NCBI GenBank assembly: GCA_022563395.1 | Contig: JADFNM010000001.1 | Span: 178,830 to 242,829, forward strand | Source of the DNA: Patescibacteria group bacterium | GTDB taxonomy: Bacteria; Patescibacteriota; Minisyncoccia; Minisyncoccales; UBA10102 | DNA: 64,000 nucleotides | Reading direction: 5' to 3' | Shown: one piece after another, positions 47,768-57,014 of the stretch | Position numbering within the stretch: the stretch's first letter is position 1 | Layout of the letters: every line of letters begins with the position of its first letter | Notes under the pieces: model-generated | The model's input: the letters and a program-made list of their open reading frames with translations, nothing else | The model's database searches: none | Told to the model about the DNA's origin: nothing | Position numbers and translations under genes: made by a program

Positions 47768-47806
47768 CCTAAATGAGATTTAGGAGCTCCTAAATCTCAT
47801 TTAGGC
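47768..47806. repeat. CCTAAATGAGATTTAGG palindromic dimer; supplies the fmt stop codon
   Basis: CCTAAATGAGATTTAGGAG|CTCCTAAATCTCATTTAGG; fmt TAA at 47801-47803 lies inside it. Confidence 0.9.
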
Positions 47807-48745
47807 AAGTATTGTGCCAAGAAAATCTTTATGGCCTAAGAGAAAGTCTTTTGCGGGCATGGGTTTTCCTCCTTCAAGCTGAAGCTCTTCAATGCTAAGT
47901 ACTCCCTCTCCGGTGTGTACTGCAATTTTTCCATCAACCGCAAAGGTTGTGCCCGGTACTTTCTTCTCGTCTCCTAAGTTTAGCTTAGGAGAACTGACTT
48001 TTAATATTTTAAGAAACTTTCCGTTCCAGGAGGTATAGGTGCCGGGCCAAGGGTGAAAGGCCCGAATCTGCCTTGCAATATACTCAGCTTCCCGGTTCCA
48101 GTCAATCCTCCCATCTTCTTTTGTTATTTTCTTGGTAAAGGTGGCTTTGCTGTGGTCTTGCTCTTTTGGTTCAATCTTGCCCTCTAACCAAAGGGGCAAA
48201 GTTTTTACCAACAGTTCACCTCCTATCTCTCCAAGCTTTGCGTGGAGTTCTTCGTGCCGCATGTCTTCTGGAATAACAAACTCTTCTTTTGCTAAGATTG
48301 GGCCATGGTCTACTTTGTCATCTAACAGGATAATAGTGACTCCTGTTATTTTCTCGCCTTTAAGCAAGGTAAAGCGTTCTGGGGCCGGTCCCCGGTACTT
48401 TGGAAGCAAAGAAGGATGCACGTTCAAAACTCCTTTGGGAGGCAACTCCACCAATTCTTTTGACAGGATGTTCCCGTATGCACCCAATACAAAGAGTTCA
48501 GCCTCCTTGAGTTCCTTTCTCTCTAAAAGTTCTGCTGGGTTTTCGGGTTGCGCTACAGGAAGATTGTGCCTTAAAGCAACTTCCTTTACCGGTGATGATG
48601 TGGGTTCCTGTTTTCTTCCAGCTTTTCTGTCTGGCGCAGTCACCACCAAAGAAGGGGAATATCCTGCATTCAAAAGACGCTTTAACACTTTTGCTGCGAG
48701 CTCTCTTGTTCCAAAAAATACAAAGTTAAGGTCTTGACTTGTCAT
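47801..48745 (-). CDS. fmt: Methionyl-tRNA formyltransferase
   Basis: VFFGT, PDR..GR, NVHPSLLPKYRG, D.GP and IRAF.PWP motifs; start set at 48745. Confidence 0.95.
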   Translation of the reverse strand: MTSQDLNFVFFGTRELAAKVLKRLLNAGYSPSLVVTAPDRKAGRKQEPTSSPVKEVALRHNLPVAQPENPAELLERKELKEAELFVLGAYGNILSKELVELPPKGVLNVHPSLLPKYRGPAPERFTLLKGEKITGVTIILLDDKVDHGPILAKEEFVIPEDMRHEELHAKLGEIGGELLVKTLPLWLEGKIEPKEQDHSKATFTKKITKEDGRIDWNREAEYIARQIRAFHPWPGTYTSWNGKFLKILKVSSPKLNLGDEKKVPGTTFAVDGKIAVHTGEGVLSIEELQLEGGKPMPAKDFLLGHKDFLGTILA

Positions 48746-48765
48746 AATGTAATGGTATAAAGAAG

Positions 48766-48970
48766 ATGTCCGTGGCTTAGGCAAAGCTCTCAAATCAGCC
48801 TCGGTGTAAGGGAGCTGCTCTGGAGAAATCCAGAGAAGGGAATAGAGGAGGTGCCACTCCTATTCCGAAAGAGGGATTGAGCCCCGCGGCTGCCGCAGCT
48901 TTTGCTCCGGCGTGCTCTCCCTCTCACTTTACTTTGCAAGGCGAGCTCTTCTCGGGCTCGCGTTTTCTTT
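48766..48970 (+). ncRNA. Structured non-coding RNA candidate, possibly 6S RNA
   Basis: TG-G-TATAAA at 48753-61, ~200-nt non-coding gap, long-range pairing GCAAAGCT/AGCTTTTGC, internal hairpins, and terminator GCGAGCTC-TTCTC-GGGCTCGC plus T-run. Confidence 0.45.
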
Positions 48971-49650
48971 TAGGGAACAATGCGCCACTCAATGTCCTTT
49001 TCTTCTGCCGCAAACTCCAGCCATTCGCCTTCGGGTGTCACCACAAACCATTTCTTCTTTCGTTCATCCCATATCATAGGATCTCCCCGAAAGAAGGCTT
49101 TTTTGACGGCTTCTTTCGGTTTGAGCTGTTCTAACTCCGGCCAACGTTTTATCACCGTATCAAGCGTGTAATCAAGCTTTCTGGAGTTTGCCCATTCTGC
49201 AACTTTCTTTATTGCACTCTCCGCCTTTTTTAAAGAACCTGCAAGCAAGAGAAGTTCGCGCGCTGACTTTGCATACTTTCCGTATACGATTTTCTCTGCT
49301 TTTGCCTTTCTTTTAAGCTCCACGAGTGAGACGCCCTTTGTTATAAAATAGTACGTGACAATCTGACGAAGTACGGTCTTGCGCCAGAGTTCATCGCGAT
49401 ATGCAATCTTCCTGGTACCAATATACTCCTCAATCTTTTGAGCAATGCTCACGCCGATGCCCCGTATCTTCTTTACTCCCGAAAGCCCTTCTCTCCTGTA
49501 TATTCTCCCTACGCTTTCTTTAAGTTCCTCAAGGGCAAGGGCGGCTTTTTGGTATGCCCGTGGCTTATGTTTGGTTCCCTGAAGTTCCTCTAAATATGCA
49601 ATCTCCCGCAGTATCTCAACCAACTTTTTGTTTTTTTCTTCTTTTGGCAT
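48970..49650 (-). CDS. Protein with DNA polymerase X/beta N-terminal HhH domain fused to an unknown domain
   Basis: N..L...L.EIA....G...K.RAY.KAA...IRGIG.SIA.KI.E; no polymerase palm or PHP domain. Confidence 0.7.
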   Translation of the reverse strand: MPKEEKNKKLVEILREIAYLEELQGTKHKPRAYQKAALALEELKESVGRIYRREGLSGVKKIRGIGVSIAQKIEEYIGTRKIAYRDELWRKTVLRQIVTYYFITKGVSLVELKRKAKAEKIVYGKYAKSARELLLLAGSLKKAESAIKKVAEWANSRKLDYTLDTVIKRWPELEQLKPKEAVKKAFFRGDPMIWDERKKKWFVVTPEGEWLEFAAEEKDIEWRIVP

Positions 49651-49689
49651 TACAGTTTCATTTTACCTTATTTATGCTACTATTCAATC

Positions 49690-50235
49690 ATGTTGCATCG
49701 GATTTTTCTCGCCATAAACCTGCCAGAGAAGACAAGAAAAGAGCTTCTGGGATACAAGGAAAAGTGGCTTAAACTCCCTGCACGCTGGATAACACCAGAG
49801 AATCTCCATGTCACCTTGGTGTTTCTTGGCAATACGTCTGATAAAGAACTTCTGGAAGTACAGAGAATTGCAAGAGAAATTGCAGCAAAACACAAACAAT
49901 TTTCTTTCTTCCTTCAAAAGATTGCATACGGGCCCTCAGAAAAACAGCCTAGGATGATATGGACGAAGGGGACAATGTCAAAAGAACTCTTGTCTTTGCA
50001 AAAAGACTTGGCAGGGGCGCTGGGATACCAAGAGGAACGCCCATTCTCTTTGCACATTACATTGGCTAGATTGAATGAATGGGAATTCCGAATGATAGAG
50101 CCAGAAGAGCGCCCTGAAGTCAATGAGGAAATATCCCTTAAGATTCCTGTCTCTTCTTTGCAAGTCATGGAAAGCAGGCTCAAACGAACGGGCGCACAAT
50201 ACAGCGTGATAGAATCTATACCATTATCTCCTTAA
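49690..50235 (+). CDS. thpR: RNA 2',3'-cyclic phosphodiesterase (2H family)
   Basis: RIFLAI and two HxT motifs (LHVTL, LHITL). Confidence 0.92.
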   Translation: MLHRIFLAINLPEKTRKELLGYKEKWLKLPARWITPENLHVTLVFLGNTSDKELLEVQRIAREIAAKHKQFSFFLQKIAYGPSEKQPRMIWTKGTMSKELLSLQKDLAGALGYQEERPFSLHITLARLNEWEFRMIEPEERPEVNEEISLKIPVSSLQVMESRLKRTGAQYSVIESIPLSP

Positions 50236-51614
50236 TGAAAAAGCGAATACATTTTATTGGTATTGGGGGAATAGGGGTTTCTGCCCTGGCAAAGTACTAC
50301 CTAAAAAAAGGATGGCAGGTTTTGGGTTCTGACCTGACAGCAAGCGAGATTACCATACAAATGAAAAACCTGGGGGCAAAGGTACACATTGGAAAACCAA
50401 AGGCCTCCTTGATTACGACAAAAATAGAAAAAGTTATTTTCAGCCCTGCAGTTCCAAGGAATCATCCAGAGCGCATGGCTGCAAGAAAAAAGAAGATACA
50501 AGAACTCTCCTACCCTAAAGCCTTAGGAGAGCTTACTAAAAAACACTACACCATTGCGGTTTCTGGCACTCATGGGAAGTCCACTACCACTGCCATGCTC
50601 GGACTGTTGCTCACCAAAGCAGGGCTGGATCCCACGGTCATTGTGGGCACCAGGTTAAAAGAGTTTGGCAACAGCAACTGCAGGGTGGGAAAGAGCAAAT
50701 ACCTGGTTATTGAAGCTGACGAACACTTTGCCTCGTTTTTAAACTATCGCCCCCAAATCATTATCTTGACTTCTTTGGAAGCTGATCACTTAGACTTTTA
50801 CAAAACATTGGAAAACCTTATCAAAACCTTCAAAAAGTATGTTCGCCTTTTGCCAAAAGACGGAATAGTAGTAGCAAACAGAGACGACAAAAACGTTCAA
50901 AAGGTACTCAAGGGTTTTAAAAAAGAGATTATCTGGTATTCAAAAAAGCATAAGGGGGCTAAAAAGGTAAAGTCTGCGCTCTGGATACCAGGAGAACATA
51001 ATGTTTCAAACGCACTTTCCGTCCTTAAGGTCGCAAGACTTCTGAATGTTCCAGACAAGAAAAGTTTGGAGGCGCTTTCTCAATTCAAAGGTTCCTGGCG
51101 CAGGTTTGAACTGTTTTCCCTCAAAAAGCCCAAACCCTATACCTTGGTATCAGACTATGGTCACCACCCAACAGAGATTAAGGTAACAATAGAGGCCACG
51201 CGAGAGAAATGGCCTAAAAAGAACATCTGGCTTGTATACCAACCCCACCAGTATCAAAGGACGTTCTATCTTTTCAAAGATTTTGTGAGGGTGCTTTCCC
51301 GCCTTCCCATTCAAAAACTTCTCTTAATGGATATTTATGACGTGGCAGGCAGAGAAGAAAAAGCAATCAGGGGCAAAGTGTCCTCTCAGAAACTCATAGA
51401 GAAAATCCAGATGATGCCTAAACGGATGATGCCTAAACGAGATTTAGGATTTCCTAAATCTCGTTTAGGAGCCCCAAAAGAAGTTCTGTACATCCCCACT
51501 GCTGACCAGGTTAAAGCGTATCTTAAAAGAAACCTCACGGGAGGAGAGGTTGTTGTAGTTATGGGAGCTGGAGATATCTACCAAAATCTGACCCTTCGAC
51601 TATGCTCAGGGTAA
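50235..51614 (+). CDS. murC: UDP-N-acetylmuramate--L-alanine ligase
   Basis: HFIGIGGIGVS, GTHGKSTTT, EADE, DHLD, DYGHHPTE and MGAGD motifs. Confidence 0.96.
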   Translation: MKKRIHFIGIGGIGVSALAKYYLKKGWQVLGSDLTASEITIQMKNLGAKVHIGKPKASLITTKIEKVIFSPAVPRNHPERMAARKKKIQELSYPKALGELTKKHYTIAVSGTHGKSTTTAMLGLLLTKAGLDPTVIVGTRLKEFGNSNCRVGKSKYLVIEADEHFASFLNYRPQIIILTSLEADHLDFYKTLENLIKTFKKYVRLLPKDGIVVANRDDKNVQKVLKGFKKEIIWYSKKHKGAKKVKSALWIPGEHNVSNALSVLKVARLLNVPDKKSLEALSQFKGSWRRFELFSLKKPKPYTLVSDYGHHPTEIKVTIEATREKWPKKNIWLVYQPHQYQRTFYLFKDFVRVLSRLPIQKLLLMDIYDVAGREEKAIRGKVSSQKLIEKIQMMPKRMMPKRDLGFPKSRLGAPKEVLYIPTADQVKAYLKRNLTGGEVVVVMGAGDIYQNLTLRLCSG

Positions 51615-51735
51615 ACCTTGCGATTGACCCCTCCCTTTCTTAGTCTTTTTAGGAAAGGGAGGGGTTGACACGCCCCATACTAAAAGAGGACAATAGAAAA
51701 AGAGGTCGAGACTGTATAAATAACCAACCACATTC

Positions 51736-52215
51736 ATGCCATTTCTTTTAATAATCGTAATCATCATCGTGGTAGCAGCAGTGGCGTGGTACTTTGTAAT
51801 GAGCAGGGGAAAGGGGAAAAGTCCAAAGCCTCAAGGCCCACAGCCTCCTTCCTTCAAAACCCCTCAGGGGCCACCACCTTCACCACCGCCTCCCGTGAGG
51901 CCAGAACCCCCGAGGCCAACTCCGCCTTCGCCTCCTCCGGTACTGCCAAAGCAACCAACACCTCCTGCGCCGCCACCTCCACCTCCCACGCGGCCAACTC
52001 CGCCTTCGCCTCCTCCGGTACTGCCAAAGCAACCAACACCTCCTGCGCCGCCACCTCCACCTCCTCCCACGCGGCCAACTCCGCCTTCGCCTCCTCCGGT
52101 ACCGCCAAAGCAACCAACACCTCCTGCGCCGCCACCTCCACCTCCACCTCCTCCCACGCGGCCAACTCCGCCTCCACCACCGCCTCCGGTGGGAGGAGAT
52201 ACAGGAATGATGTAG
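51736..52215 (+). CDS. Membrane-anchored proline-rich repeat protein
   Basis: N-terminal TM then three RPTPPSPPPV(L/P)PKQPTPPA(P)n units. Confidence 0.7.
   Translation: MPFLLIIVIIIVVAAVAWYFVMSRGKGKSPKPQGPQPPSFKTPQGPPPSPPPPVRPEPPRPTPPSPPPVLPKQPTPPAPPPPPPTRPTPPSPPPVLPKQPTPPAPPPPPPPTRPTPPSPPPVPPKQPTPPAPPPPPPPPPTRPTPPPPPPPVGGDTGMM
51914..52175 (+). repeat. Coding tandem repeat, units of 78, 81 and 87 bp
   Basis: GGCCAACTCCGCC recurs at 51914, 51992, 52073 and 52160. Confidence 0.9.
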
Positions 52216-53283
52216 CATTAGAGGAGATTCTTCAGTACTCATTTACCGCCCTCTTGAATCTCCTTATAAGTGGCCTTCTTGGGTTTTTTGTATACTCACA
52301 AAATCAAAAGAGTATTATCAACAGAACATTCACCCGTCATTGTGACCAAACGGCTTTTTGTCATTCGTGTCGTCTTGACCCAAATGCTGGTTGGCATCAT
52401 TTCCGTGCTCCTTTTTATCAACCTCGTTCTTTCTAGAACCGCTTTTGAATACTTCTGGAAAGGGGGACTGCTCATAGCGTTCTTGGCAGCTGGCTACCTG
52501 TTTGTGAAAAGCGTGATAAATGAAATCAAGCAGCGCCAAGAACTGGAGCGAGCCCATGTGAAGTTAAAGGAGCTGGACGAGGCAAAGTCGGAGTTTGTTT
52601 CTATTGCTTCCCACCAGTTGAGAACTCCACTCACTGCCATTAAGGGATATATCTCCATGCTTATGGAAGGAAGCTACGGCAAGCTTTCTTCAAAGCAAAA
52701 AAAACCAATAACAAACATCTACGACTCCAATGAACGCTTAATTCGCCTGGTCAATGATCTTCTTAATATCTCTCGCATTGAGTCAGGCAGAATCAAGATG
52801 GAACCACAAAAAGCAAAGCTTCAAGAGGTACTGCAAGGAGTAGTTGACGAACTTAAGATTAAGGCGAAACAAAAGAATCTAAAACTCGTTTTGCGAAAAC
52901 CCAAACTTCCCCTGCCTTCTTTCAACCTAGATCCTGCCAAGATGAGGAACGTTGTCTTGAACATCATTGATAATGCCATTCGCTATACTGCCAAGGGCTC
53001 CATTACGCTTCGGCTCACGCCCCAGCCTGAAAACCGCAACCTTCAAACCAAAAGCGTACTCATAACCATTAAAGACACGGGGGAAGGAATGTCCAAAGAA
53101 GAACTGCAGCACCTCTTTGAGAGTTTTACGCGAGGCAAAACAGGTACTAAGATGTGGACAGAAGGAGCGGGACTGGGTCTCTATATTGCAAAGCAGTTCG
53201 TGCAAATGCATAAAGGCAAGATCTGGGCAAAATCACCAGGCAAGGGGAAAGGCAGCACTTTCTTTATAGAGTTACCTGTATAA
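52212..53283 (+). pseudogene. Sensor histidine kinase with an apparent out-of-frame internal deletion of the sensor domain
   Basis: Intact SHQLRTP, N, G1 (DTGEG) and G2 (GLGL) boxes in 52270-53283; the first TM (YSFTALLNLLISGLLGFFVY..KSIINRTF) is in another frame and joins near 52333. Confidence 0.6.
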
Positions 53284-53289
53284 TTAGGT

Positions 53290-53402
53290 ATGGCAAAGAA
53301 AAACCAGATATTGTTCTTTTGGACATTCTTCTCTTTGACGGCCATGGCATTGAGTATTTGAGAACGAAGAAATCTGAAATAGGGAAGAACAAAGGCTTTT
53401 GA
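53290..53402 (+). pseudogene. Response-regulator receiver remnant
   Basis: ATG-GCA-AAG-AAA (MAKK) is out of frame with KEKPDIVLLDILLFDGHGIEYL, a receiver beta3/phospho-Asp segment. Confidence 0.6.
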
Positions 53403-53494
53403 GTTGCCGTGATTTTATGCTATCCTACCTCAAGGATAGTTTTTATTTGTATTACAAGAAATCTGTGGATTTCCTTACAAATAACCGCAATTAT

Positions 53495-54913
53495 ATGGAA
53501 CGAATTCTCGCAAGAGAAACTCCAGAGAAAGTGGCAAAGAAGGTAAAATTAGCTGGGTGGGTACAGACACGCCGCGACCATGGAAAACTGGTTTTTTTAG
53601 ATTTAAGAGACCGAACAGGAATAGTTCAGGTTGTGTTCAAAGCGTCAAAAGAGGTTGAGCCTGTTCGCCCAGAATGGGTCGTAGAAATAGAGGGGGAAGT
53701 AAAAGAACGCCCCGAGAACATGAAAAACCCCGAACTCCCCACGGGGTCTATTGAGGTGGTAGCCCTCAAGCTCACCGTACTTTCAAAAGCCAAGCCCCTA
53801 CCTTTTCCCATTGATACTGCGGGGTATGACATTGAAGAGGAGCTGAGATTGAAATATCGCTATCTTGATCTGAGGAGACCGAGGCTGCAGCGAAACATCA
53901 AAGTAAGGTCTGAATACATCAAAGCAGTAAGGGAATACCTCTTTTCAAAAGAGTTTGTGGAAATTGAGACCCCCATGCTCACCAAATCTACGCCAGAGGG
54001 CTCCAGGGATTTTGTTGTTCCCAGCAGAATTTACCCTGGCAAGTTCTTTGCCTTACCCCAGAGTCCCCAGCAATACAAGCAATTACTCATGACCGCCGGC
54101 TTTGAGCGGTATTTCCAAATTGCCAGAGCCATCCGGGACGAAGACCCCAGGGCAGACCGAGCTTTTGAGCACAGCCAGGTGGACCTTGAGATGAGCTTTG
54201 TTAATAGGGAAGACGTCATGGCTGTTGTGGAAGAGATGACTGTATTTGCCATAGAGAAGATAGGAGGAAAGATTGCAAAAAAACCCTTTCCCGTCATTAC
54301 CTATAAGGAAGCAGTGAAAAAGTATGGGACAGACAAGTTTGACCTAAGAACAAAAAAAGAAAAGGAGGAAGGAATATTGGCTTTTGCCTGGGTTGTGGAC
54401 TTTCCCTTTTTTGAGAAAACTAAGGAGGGTAAGTGGACCTTTACCCACAATCCCTTTTCAGCTCCTTTAAAAGAAGAGCAAGAGCAATGGCTTCTGGAAG
54501 GAAAAAACATTGAGAAGATCATAACTTCCCAATACGACTTGGTGTGCAATGGCCTAGAGATTGCAGGAGGAAGCATCAGGACGCACAAACCAGAGATACT
54601 GCAAGCTACTTTCCGGGTCTTGGGATACAAGGATAAAGAAATAGAAGAGGAGTTTTCACACATGCTGGAGGCCTTTGAATATGGAACTCCTCCGCACGGC
54701 GGGTGCGCCCAAGGCTTTGAGCGACTACTCATGGCATTTCTTGGAGAGGAGTATATACGGGAAGTACAGGCCTTTCCCCAAACAGGACAAGGGAGAACTT
54801 CTGTCATGGCAGCTCCCTCAGAACTCAACGCAACCCAATTAAAAGAACTGCATCTTGAGATAAAGAAGCCCGCCTCATCGGCGGGTGCGCCGAGGAGGCG
54901 CAAGAAAAAATGA
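53495..54913 (+). CDS. aspS: Aspartate--tRNA ligase (short form lacking most of the GAD insertion)
   Basis: RDHG..F.DLRD, RLKYRYLDLR, TPEGSRDF, LPQSPQ, RDED and PPHGG motifs. Confidence 0.95.
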   Translation: MERILARETPEKVAKKVKLAGWVQTRRDHGKLVFLDLRDRTGIVQVVFKASKEVEPVRPEWVVEIEGEVKERPENMKNPELPTGSIEVVALKLTVLSKAKPLPFPIDTAGYDIEEELRLKYRYLDLRRPRLQRNIKVRSEYIKAVREYLFSKEFVEIETPMLTKSTPEGSRDFVVPSRIYPGKFFALPQSPQQYKQLLMTAGFERYFQIARAIRDEDPRADRAFEHSQVDLEMSFVNREDVMAVVEEMTVFAIEKIGGKIAKKPFPVITYKEAVKKYGTDKFDLRTKKEKEEGILAFAWVVDFPFFEKTKEGKWTFTHNPFSAPLKEEQEQWLLEGKNIEKIITSQYDLVCNGLEIAGGSIRTHKPEILQATFRVLGYKDKEIEEEFSHMLEAFEYGTPPHGGCAQGFERLLMAFLGEEYIREVQAFPQTGQGRTSVMAAPSELNATQLKELHLEIKKPASSAGAPRRRKKK

Positions 54914-55884
54914 CAGGGAATCTCAAAATATTTCTCGGGGTGTTTCTCTTGAGTCTTCCTTTTTGGTGGACTTTAAATGTTTTTAGCCAGCATATGGAAG
55001 ATTTCTTTTTGTTCTCAGAACTCGCACGAAACCCCCAAATATTCACCGCACAGGCAGCTTTGGAAGCTAAGGTTCAAGAGGTGCTTCCACTGCAAAAGGG
55101 AAATACTGCTTCCTTGGAATTGAGCAGCGCATCTCTACTCACGGTATTTGTGAATGGGAAAACCCAAGAAAGCAAGGCTTTGTTTGAAAAGGATACAGAA
55201 AAGAAACTTGCCATTGCTTCCTTGACTAAGCTCATGGGGTCTTTGGTGATTGTGCGCCATTATCCTTTAGACGAGGAAATTACAATCTCAAGGGCTGCTG
55301 TATTGGAAGAAGAGAACTTTGGGCAACTCAGGGAGGGGGACAGGTTTTGGCCGCGAGACCTTTTGTATCCATTGCTCATGGAATCTTCCAACGATGCCTC
55401 AGCTGCCTTCGCCTTGGAGGTTGGGATGTCAAACTTTCTGGATCTCATGAACCAAGAAGCAGAGTTTCTTGGCCTTAAAAATACCTTTTTTGTGAACCAC
55501 GCAGGCCTTGACCCTGACATTAAAGGGGGGGCAATAAACTATTCCACCACACAGGATCTATTCCTTTTGACACAGTACCTCAAAACATTCCATCCCTCCG
55601 TCTTTGAGATTCTGGGACTTCAAAGTTACCCCCTGCACACCAGTGATGGCAAGTTCCATCACACCATGGAAAACACCAATGAGCTCTTGTCTTTGAATGG
55701 ATGGCCCACCAAAGTCTTGGGGGGAAAGACCGGCTGGACCCCGGAAGCTAAAGGAGCTCTTGTTTTGGTATTGGAAAGTCCCAAAGGAAAGGGATATTTG
55801 GTAAACGTGGTGTTGGGTTCGAGCAAAAGATTTCAAGACATGAGAGAGCTGGTCAACTGGGTTTTTGACTCTTATACCTTCTAG
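54910..55884 (+). CDS. D-alanyl-D-alanine carboxypeptidase (peptidase S11)
   Basis: ASLTK, SSNDA, N..GL, NTN and GGKTG motifs. Confidence 0.9.
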   Translation: MTGNLKIFLGVFLLSLPFWWTLNVFSQHMEDFFLFSELARNPQIFTAQAALEAKVQEVLPLQKGNTASLELSSASLLTVFVNGKTQESKALFEKDTEKKLAIASLTKLMGSLVIVRHYPLDEEITISRAAVLEEENFGQLREGDRFWPRDLLYPLLMESSNDASAAFALEVGMSNFLDLMNQEAEFLGLKNTFFVNHAGLDPDIKGGAINYSTTQDLFLLTQYLKTFHPSVFEILGLQSYPLHTSDGKFHHTMENTNELLSLNGWPTKVLGGKTGWTPEAKGALVLVLESPKGKGYLVNVVLGSSKRFQDMRELVNWVFDSYTF

Positions 55885-55887
55885 CGC

Positions 55888-56991
55888 ATGATCCCATTAC
55901 TTTCCTTTTCTGTTATTAAGATTGCTCTTATGGTTTCAGCCGGCTTTTTGGTTGCTCTTTTCTTGACCCCGGGGCTTACCAACATTCTCTACAAATACAA
56001 GCTCTGGCGAAAATCAGTAAGGCAAACTGCCATGGGGGGCGGGGAACTCCCCATTTTTAAAAAGTTTCACCAGGAAGGGGAGGTGAAAACCCCTCGCTTT
56101 GGGGGAGTATTAATCTGGGTTACACCCCCATTTTTAGCCCTATTCTTTTTTTTGTTGTCAAAAACGGGGAATCCCTGGCTTGAGGGTTTCAACTTCCTTT
56201 CCAGGTCCCAAACCTGGCTGCCTTTGGCAACTTTGGTTGCGGCCTCCACAGTGGGTTTTTTGGATGATATTCTTCAAGTTCTTTCGGCCCCCACAAACAT
56301 TTTTTTGCGGTCTTTATGGGAAAGGATAAACAAATACACTGCAGGGGGACTTTCTTTAAAACTGCGCTTCACCTTGGTTTTTCTTATTGGTTTGGTGGGG
56401 GCTTGGTGGTTTTTCTCAAAGCTCGGCTGGGACACCGTATTTGTTCCTGGGATAGGAGATGTATTTTTGGGATTTGCCATGATTCCCTTCTTTGTTATAG
56501 TCATGCTTGCCACCTATTCTGGGGGAGTCATTGACGGCATTGACGGCTTGTCTGGCGGTACTTTTGCTTCCATCTTTACCGCCTATGGGTTAATTGCCTT
56601 TGCGCAAGGGCAAATTGACTTGGCGACCTTGTGCTTTGCCATTGTGGGGGCGCTGCTGGCTTTTTTGTGGTTTAATATCCCTCCAGCCCGTTTTTACATG
56701 GGTGAAACCGGGATTATGGGACTGACTGCAACCTTAACAGTGGTTGCCTTTCTCACCGACTCTGTCATGGTATTGCCGATTATTGGCATACTCTTGGTTG
56801 CAGAATCCGCATCGGTCATTATTCAGGTTGCCTCAAAGAAACTACGAAAGGGAAAAAAGGTGTTTCTCGCAGCCCCCATACACCATCACTTTGAAGGCAT
56901 GGGCTGGCCTTCCACCAAGGTGACCATGCGATTCTGGGTAATCGGAGTTGTCGCAGCTTTCGTAGGAGTTGCTGTCAGACTACTCGGATAG
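55888..56991 (+). CDS. mraY: Phospho-N-acetylmuramoyl-pentapeptide transferase
   Basis: KTP..GG, GFLDD, DGIDGL, FN..PA..MG and APIHHHFE motifs. Confidence 0.95.
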   Translation: MIPLLSFSVIKIALMVSAGFLVALFLTPGLTNILYKYKLWRKSVRQTAMGGGELPIFKKFHQEGEVKTPRFGGVLIWVTPPFLALFFFLLSKTGNPWLEGFNFLSRSQTWLPLATLVAASTVGFLDDILQVLSAPTNIFLRSLWERINKYTAGGLSLKLRFTLVFLIGLVGAWWFFSKLGWDTVFVPGIGDVFLGFAMIPFFVIVMLATYSGGVIDGIDGLSGGTFASIFTAYGLIAFAQGQIDLATLCFAIVGALLAFLWFNIPPARFYMGETGIMGLTATLTVVAFLTDSVMVLPIIGILLVAESASVIIQVASKKLRKGKKVFLAAPIHHHFEGMGWPSTKVTMRFWVIGVVAAFVGVAVRLLG

Positions 56992-57014
56992 CTTCTTAGT
57001 GAAACTAAGTTTCT

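Noticed and set aside
51786-52436. Ala/Ser/Thr-rich alternative-frame ORF and Gly-, Arg- or Glu-rich antisense ORFs over the Pro repeat
   Set aside because: Open frames are expected in stop-poor CCN repeats. The Pro frame has a TM anchor, an ATG and an upstream GGTCG leader. The end of the alternative frame is the kinase remnant.
53495-54913. aspS as a truncated pseudogene
   Set aside because: All class II motifs and the anticodon-binding domain are intact; only the dispensable insertion domain is short.
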